Source: Candidatus Poribacteria bacterium (GTDB lineage: Bacteria; Poribacteria; WGA-4E; WGA-3G). Taken from it: a stretch of DNA of 64,000 bases. The translations under genes were made by a program, and so were the position numbers. Location of the stretch: positions 6,048 through 70,047 of the forward strand of contig JAJECK010000005.1 in NCBI GenBank assembly GCA_022822085.1, given 5' to 3'. Below, piece after piece: positions 1 through 9,630 of the stretch. The notes under the pieces were generated by a model. It was given only the letters and a program-made list of their open reading frames with translations, did no database searches and was not told the origin of the DNA. How positions within the stretch are numbered: the stretch's first letter is position 1; each line of letters begins with the position of its first letter.

Positions 1-41
1 TTTCCTATCCCTAATACAAAGGTAAATCAACAAATGTTAGA

Positions 42-3000
42 TTATTTCTCGGAATTTTTAAATTCGTTCATTCCGTTGTTCTTCCAATCTTTCTCTTTCT
101 GTCTCAATCTTTTAATGTCCTCTGGGTTCTTAATGTCTATTATATGTGGTGTAATAACAAAAACGATCTCAGTATCTTGAACTTCGGTCGCTGTACTTTT
201 GAATAGCCTTCCCAGTAACGGAATATCTCCAAGTATAGGTACTTTGTTTTCCACTTGTTTCTGTTTTTTTCGGATGATACCACCGACAATAAGTTGTTGT
301 CCATCCTCAACATCAACATAGGCACTAAGTGAGTTATCATCTGTTATTGGGGCGTTGAAGTCGGTAAATTCGATAAAGTTACTTGCACTGATATTTGTAA
401 TTTCTAATCCGATCGTTCGTTTGCCATCTTCCCCAACCTGTGATTTGGCGATATATGGTGTGAGTGAGATGTTGATACCGACAGGTGGGTCAATAAAATC
501 GTAGTTGAAAAGCGGTTGTGTTGCCGTATCCCCGAGGATGCTATTGGTATCAACGCTTTGCAAATATGGAATTCGGCGTCCACTACTCCACGTAGCTGGA
601 TGACTATCACGGGTGGTGATCGTTGGTGTTGAAAGCGTTTTGACTTTATTTTCACGGATTAAGGTGTGAAGGAGTGCCATATATTCTTTCGTTACCATAC
701 TATAGTTGAAACCTGAAATTTCTTGCCCGAGTCCAAGTTGTGCATTTGTATCACCGATAAGCGGGTTGATCGGGCTGAGTTCAAGACCACCAAGTCGTTT
801 CTCATTTGCAGCGGCTTCAATACCAAGTTTTGTTGTTTCATCAAGAGTGACTTCAAGTATCTTGATATCAATCCGCACTTGTCCTCTAACGAAATCGAGT
901 TGTTTGATGAGTGCTCTCACCTGTTCAAGATATCGACGACGCGTTGTAACGATTAGCGAGTTTGTATCTGGATCAGCATAGACTGTCACCTTACCGAAGA
1001 GCGAATTAATGTCTGTAGATTCTTCCTGATTGCGTCTGTCATCGTCAAAGAATATAAAGAACCCGAAACCGTCATCCTCTGCTTGCGGGTCTTGCCAGAC
1101 TTGCGATAGCACCTGAGCGATAGAAGTCGCAGTTGCATATTCAAGCCGAATTACTTCGGTAACTTCTGTCTGTTCTTTGGGGGTAGGTATATCAAGTTGT
1201 TTAATAAAACTTTCAATCATTTCAAAGTTACGTTTTGTTCCTGTTGAAACGATTAGTGCATTATGACTTGCCAAAGGTTGAGCTGCGACATTCCCAGAAA
1301 GTGAACCTTGTGCCTGTGGTGTACTCTGACGTTGCGGTAGGTAATATCGGTAATAGGAGTAACTGCTGCCTCCTCTAAAGTCGTCTTGATTTCCTTGGTA
1401 ATGTGTGTTAATCAGATTTGCTATATTTTCAGCATCAGCATATTTCAGATAAAAAATCCTTGACCCCCACTCCTGGTCGGGTAAGTTGACATCAAGTTTC
1501 TCAATCAAATCATCAATCATCGGAAAATTGTTAGCAGATGTAGAAATGAGCAAAGCATTTAGTCGTATATCTTCAACGATGTGTACTGTTCCTTGGACAC
1601 CAAAACCGGTATCTTGATTTGATGATCCTCTGTCGTCCCAATCCCACCAGTACCGGCTGCTACTATCGCCCCCAGAATCCTCACCTTCAAACAGTTCAGT
1701 TAATTGTTCTTTGAGGGTTGTTGCATCTGCAAACTCAAGCAGATACATCTTGAACTCATTTTCTGTCTGTTTTTGATCAAGTACTTCAATAATCTTCTCA
1801 ATGATGGTGAAATTGCGTGAATCAGAAGAAACGATGACAATGTTCAACCTATCATCGCTGGTGATATTTACAAGTCCGACGATGCCTTGGAAAATGTCGG
1901 CTGAAAGACCTCGTTCTCGGCGAGCTCTGCTTAATCTTAACATATCATCTCTGTCAAATCTTCCTCTATCACTTTCACTGCTTTCACCGACAATAATCTG
2001 ATCAAGTATTGTTGCGACATTTTCTGCAACTGCATATTGCAGGCGATAAGTGCGAATCTCTGTCTGAATTGTTGGTGCTTGATCAAGATGCCGAATTATT
2101 TCTTTCAGGATTATCAGATTATCTTCTGTAGATTTAATAATCAGTGTATTTGAATTGCTTTCTGCTTCAACCTCAACCATTCCGACAGTCAATGGCACCC
2201 CTAAACCTTGTTCAATAGCCTGTCTGATCTCTTCGGGGGTCATAGGCAGTTGTCCTCGTGGTGGTTTGTTCTCATCTTCGTTATTTTGAAAAATTTTGTC
2301 AAGTGTCTCTTGTAAAGATTCAGCGTCCGCGTAAGTTAGTGGAACTAAAGCGATCTTTAATGGAGAAGGATCCCCTTCATCTGCGAATTGCAAAATAGAA
2401 ACGATTCTACGGATATTAGATGAGACATCGGTTATGACTAATGCATTTGTCACTGAGTCTGCAAATATGTTTCCTCGACTATTCAATAAAGGTTTCATGA
2501 CATTAGCTTGTTCAGATGCCGACGTATTTACTAACTGGATAATGTACGTCTGAATTTCATCTGTCATCTCAACCAGGTCAGGATTAGCCTCTATTACTTT
2601 GACAGGAACATTCATCGTCTTTGCTTTATCAAAGGTAGTGACAAGGAGAGTGCTATTAATTCTAACAAAGGTTAGATTATACTGTGCGAGTACGGTTTTA
2701 ATTGTCTCAATGACTTCCTCAAGTGTAACTCTATTCAGGTTGATGAGTACAAACTTTTTCCCTTGAATATCATTTTCACTGGCGATAATGGTGAGATCGG
2801 TTCGTTCTGAAAGCCATTGAAACACGTTTTTGAGTTCATCACTGGCGAAGTTAAATGTAAACAGTTTTGGTTCACCCGTTTCTTCATCCCGTTCAACAAC
2901 TTCCATCGTGCTTTGCCCCCGTTGCGCGTACAGATCTCCCGGTATATGTGTAAATAATCCAATACACACAAGTAAAATAATATAAAATCTGCAGTGTTGT

Positions 3001-3047
3001 TTTAATAACACATTCATCAAATTTCTATATATTATATTCATTGACAA
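42..3047 (-). CDS. gspD: T2SS secretin (GspD-like), distal paralog; about 1000 aa with six N-domain-like repeats and a C-terminal secretin domain
   Basis: N-terminal signal peptide. Six repeats of an N-domain-like pattern (e.g. TYIIQLVNTSASEQANVMKPLL, RIFYLKYADAENIANLINTHY). C-terminal secretin signature VPILGDIPLLGRLFKS...TEIVFVITPHII. Last gene of the gsp operon. Confidence 0.85.
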   Translation of the reverse strand: MSMNIIYRNLMNVLLKQHCRFYIILLVCIGLFTHIPGDLYAQRGQSTMEVVERDEETGEPKLFTFNFASDELKNVFQWLSERTDLTIIASENDIQGKKFVLINLNRVTLEEVIETIKTVLAQYNLTFVRINSTLLVTTFDKAKTMNVPVKVIEANPDLVEMTDEIQTYIIQLVNTSASEQANVMKPLLNSRGNIFADSVTNALVITDVSSNIRRIVSILQFADEGDPSPLKIALVPLTYADAESLQETLDKIFQNNEDENKPPRGQLPMTPEEIRQAIEQGLGVPLTVGMVEVEAESNSNTLIIKSTEDNLIILKEIIRHLDQAPTIQTEIRTYRLQYAVAENVATILDQIIVGESSESDRGRFDRDDMLRLSRARRERGLSADIFQGIVGLVNITSDDRLNIVIVSSDSRNFTIIEKIIEVLDQKQTENEFKMYLLEFADATTLKEQLTELFEGEDSGGDSSSRYWWDWDDRGSSNQDTGFGVQGTVHIVEDIRLNALLISTSANNFPMIDDLIEKLDVNLPDQEWGSRIFYLKYADAENIANLINTHYQGNQDDFRGGSSYSYYRYYLPQRQSTPQAQGSLSGNVAAQPLASHNALIVSTGTKRNFEMIESFIKQLDIPTPKEQTEVTEVIRLEYATATSIAQVLSQVWQDPQAEDDGFGFFIFFDDDRRNQEESTDINSLFGKVTVYADPDTNSLIVTTRRRYLEQVRALIKQLDFVRGQVRIDIKILEVTLDETTKLGIEAAANEKRLGGLELSPINPLIGDTNAQLGLGQEISGFNYSMVTKEYMALLHTLIRENKVKTLSTPTITTRDSHPATWSSGRRIPYLQSVDTNSILGDTATQPLFNYDFIDPPVGINISLTPYIAKSQVGEDGKRTIGLEITNISASNFIEFTDFNAPITDDNSLSAYVDVEDGQQLIVGGIIRKKQKQVENKVPILGDIPLLGRLFKSTATEVQDTEIVFVITPHIIDIKNPEDIKRLRQKEKDWKNNGMNEFKNSEK

Positions 3048-3091
3048 TTCCTCAGATTCCTACGAACTGGACAGACATGAACTACACTTAT

Positions 3092-3229
3092 AGTTAAATC
3101 CATAATTGCCTGGACATTAGCGAGGTTAGGAAACCTTGCCAGCGGGCGATGGTGTGGGATAGTTAAATCCATAATTGCCTGGACATTAGCGAGGTTAGGA
3201 AACCTTGCCAGCGGGCGATGGTGTGGGAT
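3092..3229. repeat. Perfect 2 x 69-bp tandem direct repeat in the spacer between the two secretin paralogs
   Basis: The unit agttaaatccataattgcctggacattagcgaggttaggaaaccttgccagcgggcgatggtgtgggat occurs at 3092-3160 and again at 3161-3229. It contains the gcgaggttaggaaacc motif shared with the MITE-like family. Confidence 0.9.
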
Positions 3230-3406
3230 TGTTGTTAATTGAAATGTGAACATATTTTCGGATTTTACTATAAATGTTAGATTGTCAAGTTAGGGTTATA
3301 ACTACTGTAGCACAATATGAGAACTATTTTTTCTATTTAGATTAATTTTAGAAGACCGATACCGGACGTATACACAAAAAGACAAGGAAGTAATGGAAAT
3401 CAGTAC

Positions 3407-6400
3407 CTATTTGATTGCCTTATCTAAATCGGTCTGTCCATTTTTTCGCCAATCTTCTTCTTTCTGCTTCAACTTTTCAAGGTCTTCTGGATTCTTTATA
3501 TCTATGATGTGAGGGGTAATAATGAAAACGATCTCGGTATCTTGTATCTCGGTTTCAGTGCTTTTAAATAACCTTCCGAGTAAAGGAATATCCCCGAGTA
3601 TAGGTACTTTGTTTTCGACCTGTTTCTGTTTTTTTCGGATGATGCCGCCGACGATCAGTTGTTGTCCATCTTCAATATCAATATAGACACTGAGTGAATT
3701 ATCGTCTGTTATTGGAGCATTGAAGTCGGTGAATTCAATGAAGTTGCTTGCACTAATATTGGTAATATCTAATCCGATTGTGCGTTTTCCATCTTCATCT
3801 GCTTGTGATCTGGCGATATATGGTGTGAGTGAGATGTTAATTCCGACTGGTGGGTCAATAAAGTCATAGTTGAATAGCGGTTGTGTTGCAGTATCGCCAA
3901 GTATACTATTGGTATCTACACTTTGGAGATAGGGAATTCGGCGCCCACTGCTCCATGTAGCAGGCCGGCTATCACGGGTCGTGATCGTTGGCGTAGAAAG
4001 TGTTTTGACTTTGTTTTCACGGATAAGTGTGTGAAGGAGTGCCATATATTCTTTCGTTACCAAACTATAGTTGAAACCTGAAATTTCTTGAGAGAGCCCA
4101 AGTTCTGCATTCATATCCCCTATCAGTGGATTGATCGGACTCAGTTCAAGTCCACCGAGCCGTTTTTCATTGGCAGCTGCTTCAATACCAAGTTTTGTGG
4201 TTTCATCAAGGGTAACTTCAAGGATTTTAATATCAATCCGCACCTGTCCTCTAACGAAATCAAGTCTCTTTATGAGTGCCCTCACCTGCTCAAGATAGCG
4301 CAGACGCGTTGTAACGATAAGTGAATTCGTGTCTGGATCGGCATAAATAGTCACCTTACCGAAGAGAGAGTTTATGTCTGTCGATTCTTCTTCACTAAAT
4401 CTTGATCTAAAAAATCTACTAAAGCCGAACCCTTCATTCTCGTCCTGTACTTCTTGCCAGACTTGTTCAAGCACTTGCGCAATAGAATCCGCTGTTGCAT
4501 ATTCAAGACGAATAATTTCAGTGACTTCTGCCATTGCTTCAGGTGTCGGTATATCAAGTTGTTTAATAAAGTCTTCAATAAGTTCAAAGTTACGTTTTGT
4601 TCCTGTTGAGACAATGAGTGCATTATGGCTTGCTAAAGGTTGTGCAGCAACGTTACCTGCCAGTGCACCTTGTGCTTGTGGGGTTGTTTGACGTTGTGGC
4701 AGATAGTAGCGGTAATAATAGTAACTATCCCCCCCACCGAAATCATCTTGGTTCCCTTGATAATGTGTGTTAATCAGATTTGCTATATTTTCAGCATCAG
4801 CATATTTCAGATAAAAGATTCTTGAACCCCATTCTTGGTCGGGTAGGTTGACATCAAGTTGTTTAATTAGTCCATCAATCATTGGGAAATTATTAGCGGA
4901 AGTAGAAATGAGTAATGCATTTAGTCTAATATCTTCAACGATGTGGACTGTTCCCTGCACTCCGAAACCAGTATCTTGATCTGAACTTCTACTATCCCGG
5001 TCCCACCAATATCGGTAGCCGCTATCACTACCCGTATCCTCACCTTCAAACAGTTCAGTTAATTGTTCTTTGAGAGTTGTTGCATCTGCAAACTCAAGCA
5101 GATACATCTTGAATTCGTTTTCAGTCTGCTTTTGATCGAGGGTTTCAATAATATCCTCAATGATAGTGAAATTGCGCGGATCAGAAGAAATAATGACAAT
5201 ATTCAATCGATCATCATAAGAGATGTTGACCAAACCGACAATACCTTGAAAAATATCATCTGTGTTCCCTCGATTTCGTCGATATGTCATCATCTCTAAG
5301 ATATCTTCTCTGTCAAAACTTCTTCTACCACCGCCTTGGATACTATCACCAGTAATGATCTCCTCAAGCTTTGTAGCAACATCTTCCGCTACTGCATATT
5401 CGAGACGAAAAGTGCGAATCTCTGTCTGAAGTGTTGGTGCCTGATCAAGATGAAGAATTATTTCTTTAAGAAGTGTTATATTATCTTCGGCTGCTTTGAT
5501 GATAAGTGTATTTGAATTGCTATCTGCTTCGACTTCAACCGATCCCTCAACCAATGGCACTCCCAATCCTTGTTCAATAGCTTGTCTTATTTCCTCAGGG
5601 CTCATAGCAACCTGTCTTCCTGTCGGTTTGTCCTCATCATCGCTCCCCTCGAACACATTTCCAAGTGTTGTTTTTAACGATTCAGCGTCTGCATAAGTTA
5701 GTGGTATTAAAGCTATCTTTAAGGGGGAAGGGTCACCTTCATCAGCAAATTGCAAAATAGAAACGATTCTACGAACGTTAGATGACACATCTGTGATAAC
5801 AAGCGCGTTTGTCATAGAATCTGCAAAGATATTGGCTTGTCTATTCAATAATGGCTTCAAAACACCTGCTTGTTCAGATGCGGATGCATTTTCCAGTTGG
5901 ATAATGTAAGTCTGTATTTCATCGGTCATTTCAACTTGTTCTGGATCTGCCTGTATAATCTTCACTGGCACATTCATCGTTGTTGCTTTTTCAAAAGTCG
6001 TTACAAGAAGTGTGCTGTTAATCCTAACAAATGTAAGTCCATACTGGGAGAGTACGGTTTTAATTGTCTCAATGACTTCCTCAAGTGTAACGTTATTCAA
6101 GTTGATGAGTACAAACTTTTTTCCTTGGATATCGTTTTCACTGGCGATGATGGTGAGATCGGTTCGTTCTGAGAGCCATTGAAACACGTTTTTGAGTTCA
6201 TCACTGGTGAAGTTGAAGTTAAACGTTAGTGCTTCGCCAGTTTCTTCATCTCGTTCAACGACTTCCATCGTGCTTTGCCCCCGTTGCGCGTAGAGATCCC
6301 CCGGTATAACGGTGAATAATCCGATACATAACAGAACAATCAAGAGAGCATTAAGTTTATTGAACCACATCAGCCAAATATCATTACTGCACATTTTCAT
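3407..6400 (-). CDS. gspD: T2SS secretin (GspD-like), proximal paralog; 997 aa
   Basis: About 85-90% amino-acid identity to the 42..3047 product along the whole length, with the same N-domain repeats and C-terminal secretin motif (VPILGDIPLLGRLFKSTETEIQDTEIVFIITPHII). Its stop overlaps the start of the upstream gene. Confidence 0.85.
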   Translation of the reverse strand: MKMCSNDIWLMWFNKLNALLIVLLCIGLFTVIPGDLYAQRGQSTMEVVERDEETGEALTFNFNFTSDELKNVFQWLSERTDLTIIASENDIQGKKFVLINLNNVTLEEVIETIKTVLSQYGLTFVRINSTLLVTTFEKATTMNVPVKIIQADPEQVEMTDEIQTYIIQLENASASEQAGVLKPLLNRQANIFADSMTNALVITDVSSNVRRIVSILQFADEGDPSPLKIALIPLTYADAESLKTTLGNVFEGSDDEDKPTGRQVAMSPEEIRQAIEQGLGVPLVEGSVEVEADSNSNTLIIKAAEDNITLLKEIILHLDQAPTLQTEIRTFRLEYAVAEDVATKLEEIITGDSIQGGGRRSFDREDILEMMTYRRNRGNTDDIFQGIVGLVNISYDDRLNIVIISSDPRNFTIIEDIIETLDQKQTENEFKMYLLEFADATTLKEQLTELFEGEDTGSDSGYRYWWDRDSRSSDQDTGFGVQGTVHIVEDIRLNALLISTSANNFPMIDGLIKQLDVNLPDQEWGSRIFYLKYADAENIANLINTHYQGNQDDFGGGDSYYYYRYYLPQRQTTPQAQGALAGNVAAQPLASHNALIVSTGTKRNFELIEDFIKQLDIPTPEAMAEVTEIIRLEYATADSIAQVLEQVWQEVQDENEGFGFSRFFRSRFSEEESTDINSLFGKVTIYADPDTNSLIVTTRLRYLEQVRALIKRLDFVRGQVRIDIKILEVTLDETTKLGIEAAANEKRLGGLELSPINPLIGDMNAELGLSQEISGFNYSLVTKEYMALLHTLIRENKVKTLSTPTITTRDSRPATWSSGRRIPYLQSVDTNSILGDTATQPLFNYDFIDPPVGINISLTPYIARSQADEDGKRTIGLDITNISASNFIEFTDFNAPITDDNSLSVYIDIEDGQQLIVGGIIRKKQKQVENKVPILGDIPLLGRLFKSTETEIQDTEIVFIITPHIIDIKNPEDLEKLKQKEEDWRKNGQTDLDKAIK

Positions 6401-7758
6401 TATTGATATACCCTCGCAATCATAAGAACATCCACATTTATTTTATTTTCTTTGTGGTCAACGGAAATTTGTAGATCTCTTACCATCAACCATTTGCTTG
6501 TGGTTTCGATTATCTTGTTTAAGTTGACAAGTTTATCGATTTCCGCTTTAAACTTCATTTTTACGGTATAACTTTCTGGTGTATAGGCAACAGGTGCTAC
6601 CTGTAATTTTTGGATAAGTTCCTCAATTTGAGATTGAACCATATCCATGTATTTAAGGAAATCAACTCTGAGTTGTTGCTTATCTAACTCTTCCCCATAA
6701 GTGTCAATAAGATTTGTGAATTTTGCAAGAATATCACTATTTGGTCGAAAGTTAATCTCAGTCGTAGGTTTTCTTGCCCCGAGCCCAAAGAACCCGGCAG
6801 TTGCTCGCGTTTCTGTTTTAAAAAAGTGATTTTCAAAAAGTGCTTTCTCAGCACCAACAAGATGCTGGTCTATCAGTGGTAAAATGAGTTCAATAAGTTC
6901 TATCCTAATTGAAATCGGTATAGAATCCGGCAATGATACAAACTTCCACTCGATTGTATCCTCCACTGCGTTATCAGAATCAATATGATTATTGCCAGAT
7001 TCTTCGGAAGGTTCTGGGTGTTCATCCTTATCACTTTCAACATCGGAAGGTTCTGGGTTTTCATCCTCATCACTTTCAACATCGGAAGGTTTTTCTGGTG
7101 TCCTCTCTTCTTTGTCGTCAGTTTTTTCTTCTTTTTCTTCCTTATATGTTTTATCGTCAGATTTTTCAGTTTCTTTAGAGTTTTCGGGTTCTACATCTGC
7201 TTCACCTAACCATGCATCCATAAACATATCCATAGCGTCAGCATCAGCATCAATTTCTACTTGTGCTTGTGCTTGTGCTTGCAGTTCTGCTTCAATTGCT
7301 GCATTGAGTGCGTCCTTCTCAGCGTTCAATTTTTCCTGATAGGAGAACACAACAAGATTTCGTCGTGCCTGTTGTGAGATTCTCTCAGATTTCTTGCCGG
7401 GAACAACTTCGTAATTTATTTGGTAATTATTAGGTATTCCAGCTCTTTTTACAATTTCAGCCACTTTTTTACGCACAACCGAGGCAGGATAATTTCCATC
7501 AAACATAGTGGCAGTTTCGCCCTCGCCTGCAATTCCAGTTTTTTGGTATAGACCTGCTTCATTAGTTTTCAAGATTTTAGATGCAGTTACTAAATCTTCT
7601 GACGTTTTTAAAGTTTCTCTCTTAGTTTTCATTTTGGGATTTGAGACAATCTTATAGAAACTTGGTCCCCATTGTGTTGCTAAGGCTGCAATCAGTGCAA
7701 CAACCAGAATTCCGAGCAAAATTTTAGTTTGGTTTGTAAGTTCAAAATCTAATTTCAC
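6400..7758 (-). CDS. Bitopic inner-membrane protein at the GspM/N position of the T2SS operon, with a coiled-coil and an acidic PEPSDVESD repeat linker
   Basis: One N-terminal TM helix (ILLGILVVALIAALA). QAQAQAQ coiled-coil. 45-bp coding tandem repeats at about 7008-7097 that encode PEPSDVESDEDENPEPSDVESDKDEHPEPSEE. Location between the gspL-like gene and the secretin. The specific family is not recognisable from sequence alone. Confidence 0.4.
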   Translation of the reverse strand: MKLDFELTNQTKILLGILVVALIAALATQWGPSFYKIVSNPKMKTKRETLKTSEDLVTASKILKTNEAGLYQKTGIAGEGETATMFDGNYPASVVRKKVAEIVKRAGIPNNYQINYEVVPGKKSERISQQARRNLVVFSYQEKLNAEKDALNAAIEAELQAQAQAQVEIDADADAMDMFMDAWLGEADVEPENSKETEKSDDKTYKEEKEEKTDDKEERTPEKPSDVESDEDENPEPSDVESDKDEHPEPSEESGNNHIDSDNAVEDTIEWKFVSLPDSIPISIRIELIELILPLIDQHLVGAEKALFENHFFKTETRATAGFFGLGARKPTTEINFRPNSDILAKFTNLIDTYGEELDKQQLRVDFLKYMDMVQSQIEELIQKLQVAPVAYTPESYTVKMKFKAEIDKLVNLNKIIETTSKWLMVRDLQISVDHKENKINVDVLMIARVYQ

Positions 7759-7817
7759 AATATTATCCTCATCAACCGTAGTAGGTTGGTATTAGCAACG
7801 AAAGGCAAATTTGCCTG

Positions 7818-9590
7818 CTATTCTTCACCATCTTTGTTCTCTTCATCATCTTTGTTCTCTTCACCATCTTTGTTCTCTTCGCCATTTTCCATTTTTTCTT
7901 CAACAGTTTCATCTGTCTGTTGAATATCATCAGATGGTGATGAAACATCAATGTCTTCAGGAATAATCTCATTGAATTCAATAACAGGTTTCGGATGACG
8001 TTTTTGTGCAAATAATTTTGCTGCGTCATTGGTCAAACGACAAGTTATCTTAACTTCAAAAGTTGGTCTTCTTTCATCACCTGTCGTTGTAACTTCACCT
8101 GTCTCAATCTTGTCGAATAACTCTGTCTGATTTAGAACTTCTGGTATAGAATTAATTGCATCATGTGAATTTGCTTGTAAACTAAATGAAATACGAGCTT
8201 TCTGTAAGTCATCTAAATTATTCACCTCAAAAGTTTTCCATGCTATTTTTGTTCTATCATTAAAGAGAGTGCTGAGTGCATGTAGCACATCTAACGGTGA
8301 AATCTGATGTGTTAATTTGTCTGCTAAAATTAGTTCACGAGCAAGCTGCTGATTTGCATCATTTTGGAGTATAGTATATGTGGCTATCCGTTTATCCAAA
8401 TGGTCTTCTTTGGATTTTTGCGATCTGCTAAATGTAATACCGCACAGAACTAACACGACAATAACAAAACCTGTAATGCCAGCAGCGATGAGTTGTTGAT
8501 ATTTCCGAGTAGATTCAGCACGTTTTACACCTACTTCAGTGGGTAATAGTGACACGGGTGTTTCAGTTTCTAATACATGTAGTCCGACCCCCAAAGGCAC
8601 CGCGAGCATATCACCGAAGTTTTCAAGTGTTGATGGGTTGACTCTGCTTGTATCCAAAGCACCAGCGTGAAGCGGATTCCACAGTCTGGTAGGTATTTGA
8701 AGTTGTTCCTGACATGTTTCTGCTAATTCTGGCACCCTCGCTCCACCACCACATAACCATATTTCATCTATTGCATTAGATTGGTCATTGTTTATTTCAC
8801 GTTCAGCAGCAGCGATGGAACGTTCTACTTCTGCAATGAAATTTCTTGTCCAAGTTCGTGTAGGTAATTGATTAGCGGGAATGTGTTGTTTTTCTTGTTC
8901 AGCAGTTTCTTCAACAACTTGCAATTCTGTCATTACGGTTCGTGTCAAGTGATTACCACTCACAGAAAAACCGCGTGAAAATAACAGCGTATTCCCTCCC
9001 ATTAAACAGAAGTCTGTATGCCCTGCCCCAATATCTATGATGATTGTTCTTGTCTCAGGATTTGTTAATGTATCACGGGCGGTTGTCTCTATGGCTAACA
9101 TAGAAGGAATTATCGCTGATGGTGTGTTACCAGTTGCTGTGATTGTCTCTGTATACCGTGTTACAGTGTCGCGCCGAGTTGATACCAGTTCGACAGAAAC
9201 GCCATCAGTTGTCCGTTGAACATCATGGTATGTAAAAACAGACTCATCTACCTGAAAAGGCAGTTCTGTTTCGGCAGCCATTTCAATTAAAGCAGGCAAC
9301 TGGGCATCTGTTGTTGATGCTGGTAAATTAGATAGCCGTTTGGTAACCACAGAACCGCGAGGTAATGAAATCGCAACTTCCATTCTGTGCTTATTGAAGA
9401 TGTTCTGCTTAATACCGAGACGATTCCACAATTGCTTAATGGTAGCAGCTGTCTGTTCCATGTTTTCAGGGTTCGTGATGGATTCTACACCTGCGCCAGT
9501 CAAACGTAATCCGTCTGTTGTCCTTTCAATGTAAAGTATTTTTACGTTTGTATTACCAATATCTATTGCTACAACCTGATTTTTTGCCAT
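7818..9590 (-). CDS. gspL: GspL-like assembly protein: cytoplasmic PilM/actin-like domain, one TM helix, periplasmic PilN-like domain, acidic ENKDGEE C-terminal repeats
   Basis: N-terminus VVAIDIGNTNVKILYIE is an actin/PilM-like fold start. Central TM helix AAGITGFVIVVLVLCGITF. 24-bp coding repeats at 7818-7890. Operon position after gspK. Confidence 0.6.
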   Translation of the reverse strand: MAKNQVVAIDIGNTNVKILYIERTTDGLRLTGAGVESITNPENMEQTAATIKQLWNRLGIKQNIFNKHRMEVAISLPRGSVVTKRLSNLPASTTDAQLPALIEMAAETELPFQVDESVFTYHDVQRTTDGVSVELVSTRRDTVTRYTETITATGNTPSAIIPSMLAIETTARDTLTNPETRTIIIDIGAGHTDFCLMGGNTLLFSRGFSVSGNHLTRTVMTELQVVEETAEQEKQHIPANQLPTRTWTRNFIAEVERSIAAAEREINNDQSNAIDEIWLCGGGARVPELAETCQEQLQIPTRLWNPLHAGALDTSRVNPSTLENFGDMLAVPLGVGLHVLETETPVSLLPTEVGVKRAESTRKYQQLIAAGITGFVIVVLVLCGITFSRSQKSKEDHLDKRIATYTILQNDANQQLARELILADKLTHQISPLDVLHALSTLFNDRTKIAWKTFEVNNLDDLQKARISFSLQANSHDAINSIPEVLNQTELFDKIETGEVTTTGDERRPTFEVKITCRLTNDAAKLFAQKRHPKPVIEFNEIIPEDIDVSSPSDDIQQTDETVEEKMENGEENKDGEENKDDEENKDGEE

Positions 9591-9630
9591 TATGATAGCC
9601 TCTAATATAAACGATAATGAATATTGGTTG

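Noticed and set aside
3038-3253. 71-aa ORF (minus strand) with an internally repeated peptide IMDLTIPHHRPLARFPNLANVQA
   Set aside because: It is generated entirely by the 2 x 69-bp tandem DNA repeat in the inter-secretin spacer. It has no RBS, and its repetitive translation is an artefact.
706-7339. Numerous 60-115-aa ORFs antisense or out of frame within the secretin, M-position and other long genes (for example 706..981, 4374..4691, 6992..7339)
   Set aside because: They are fully embedded in strongly supported long CDSs. They have low-complexity or Ser-rich translations typical of wrong-frame reading.
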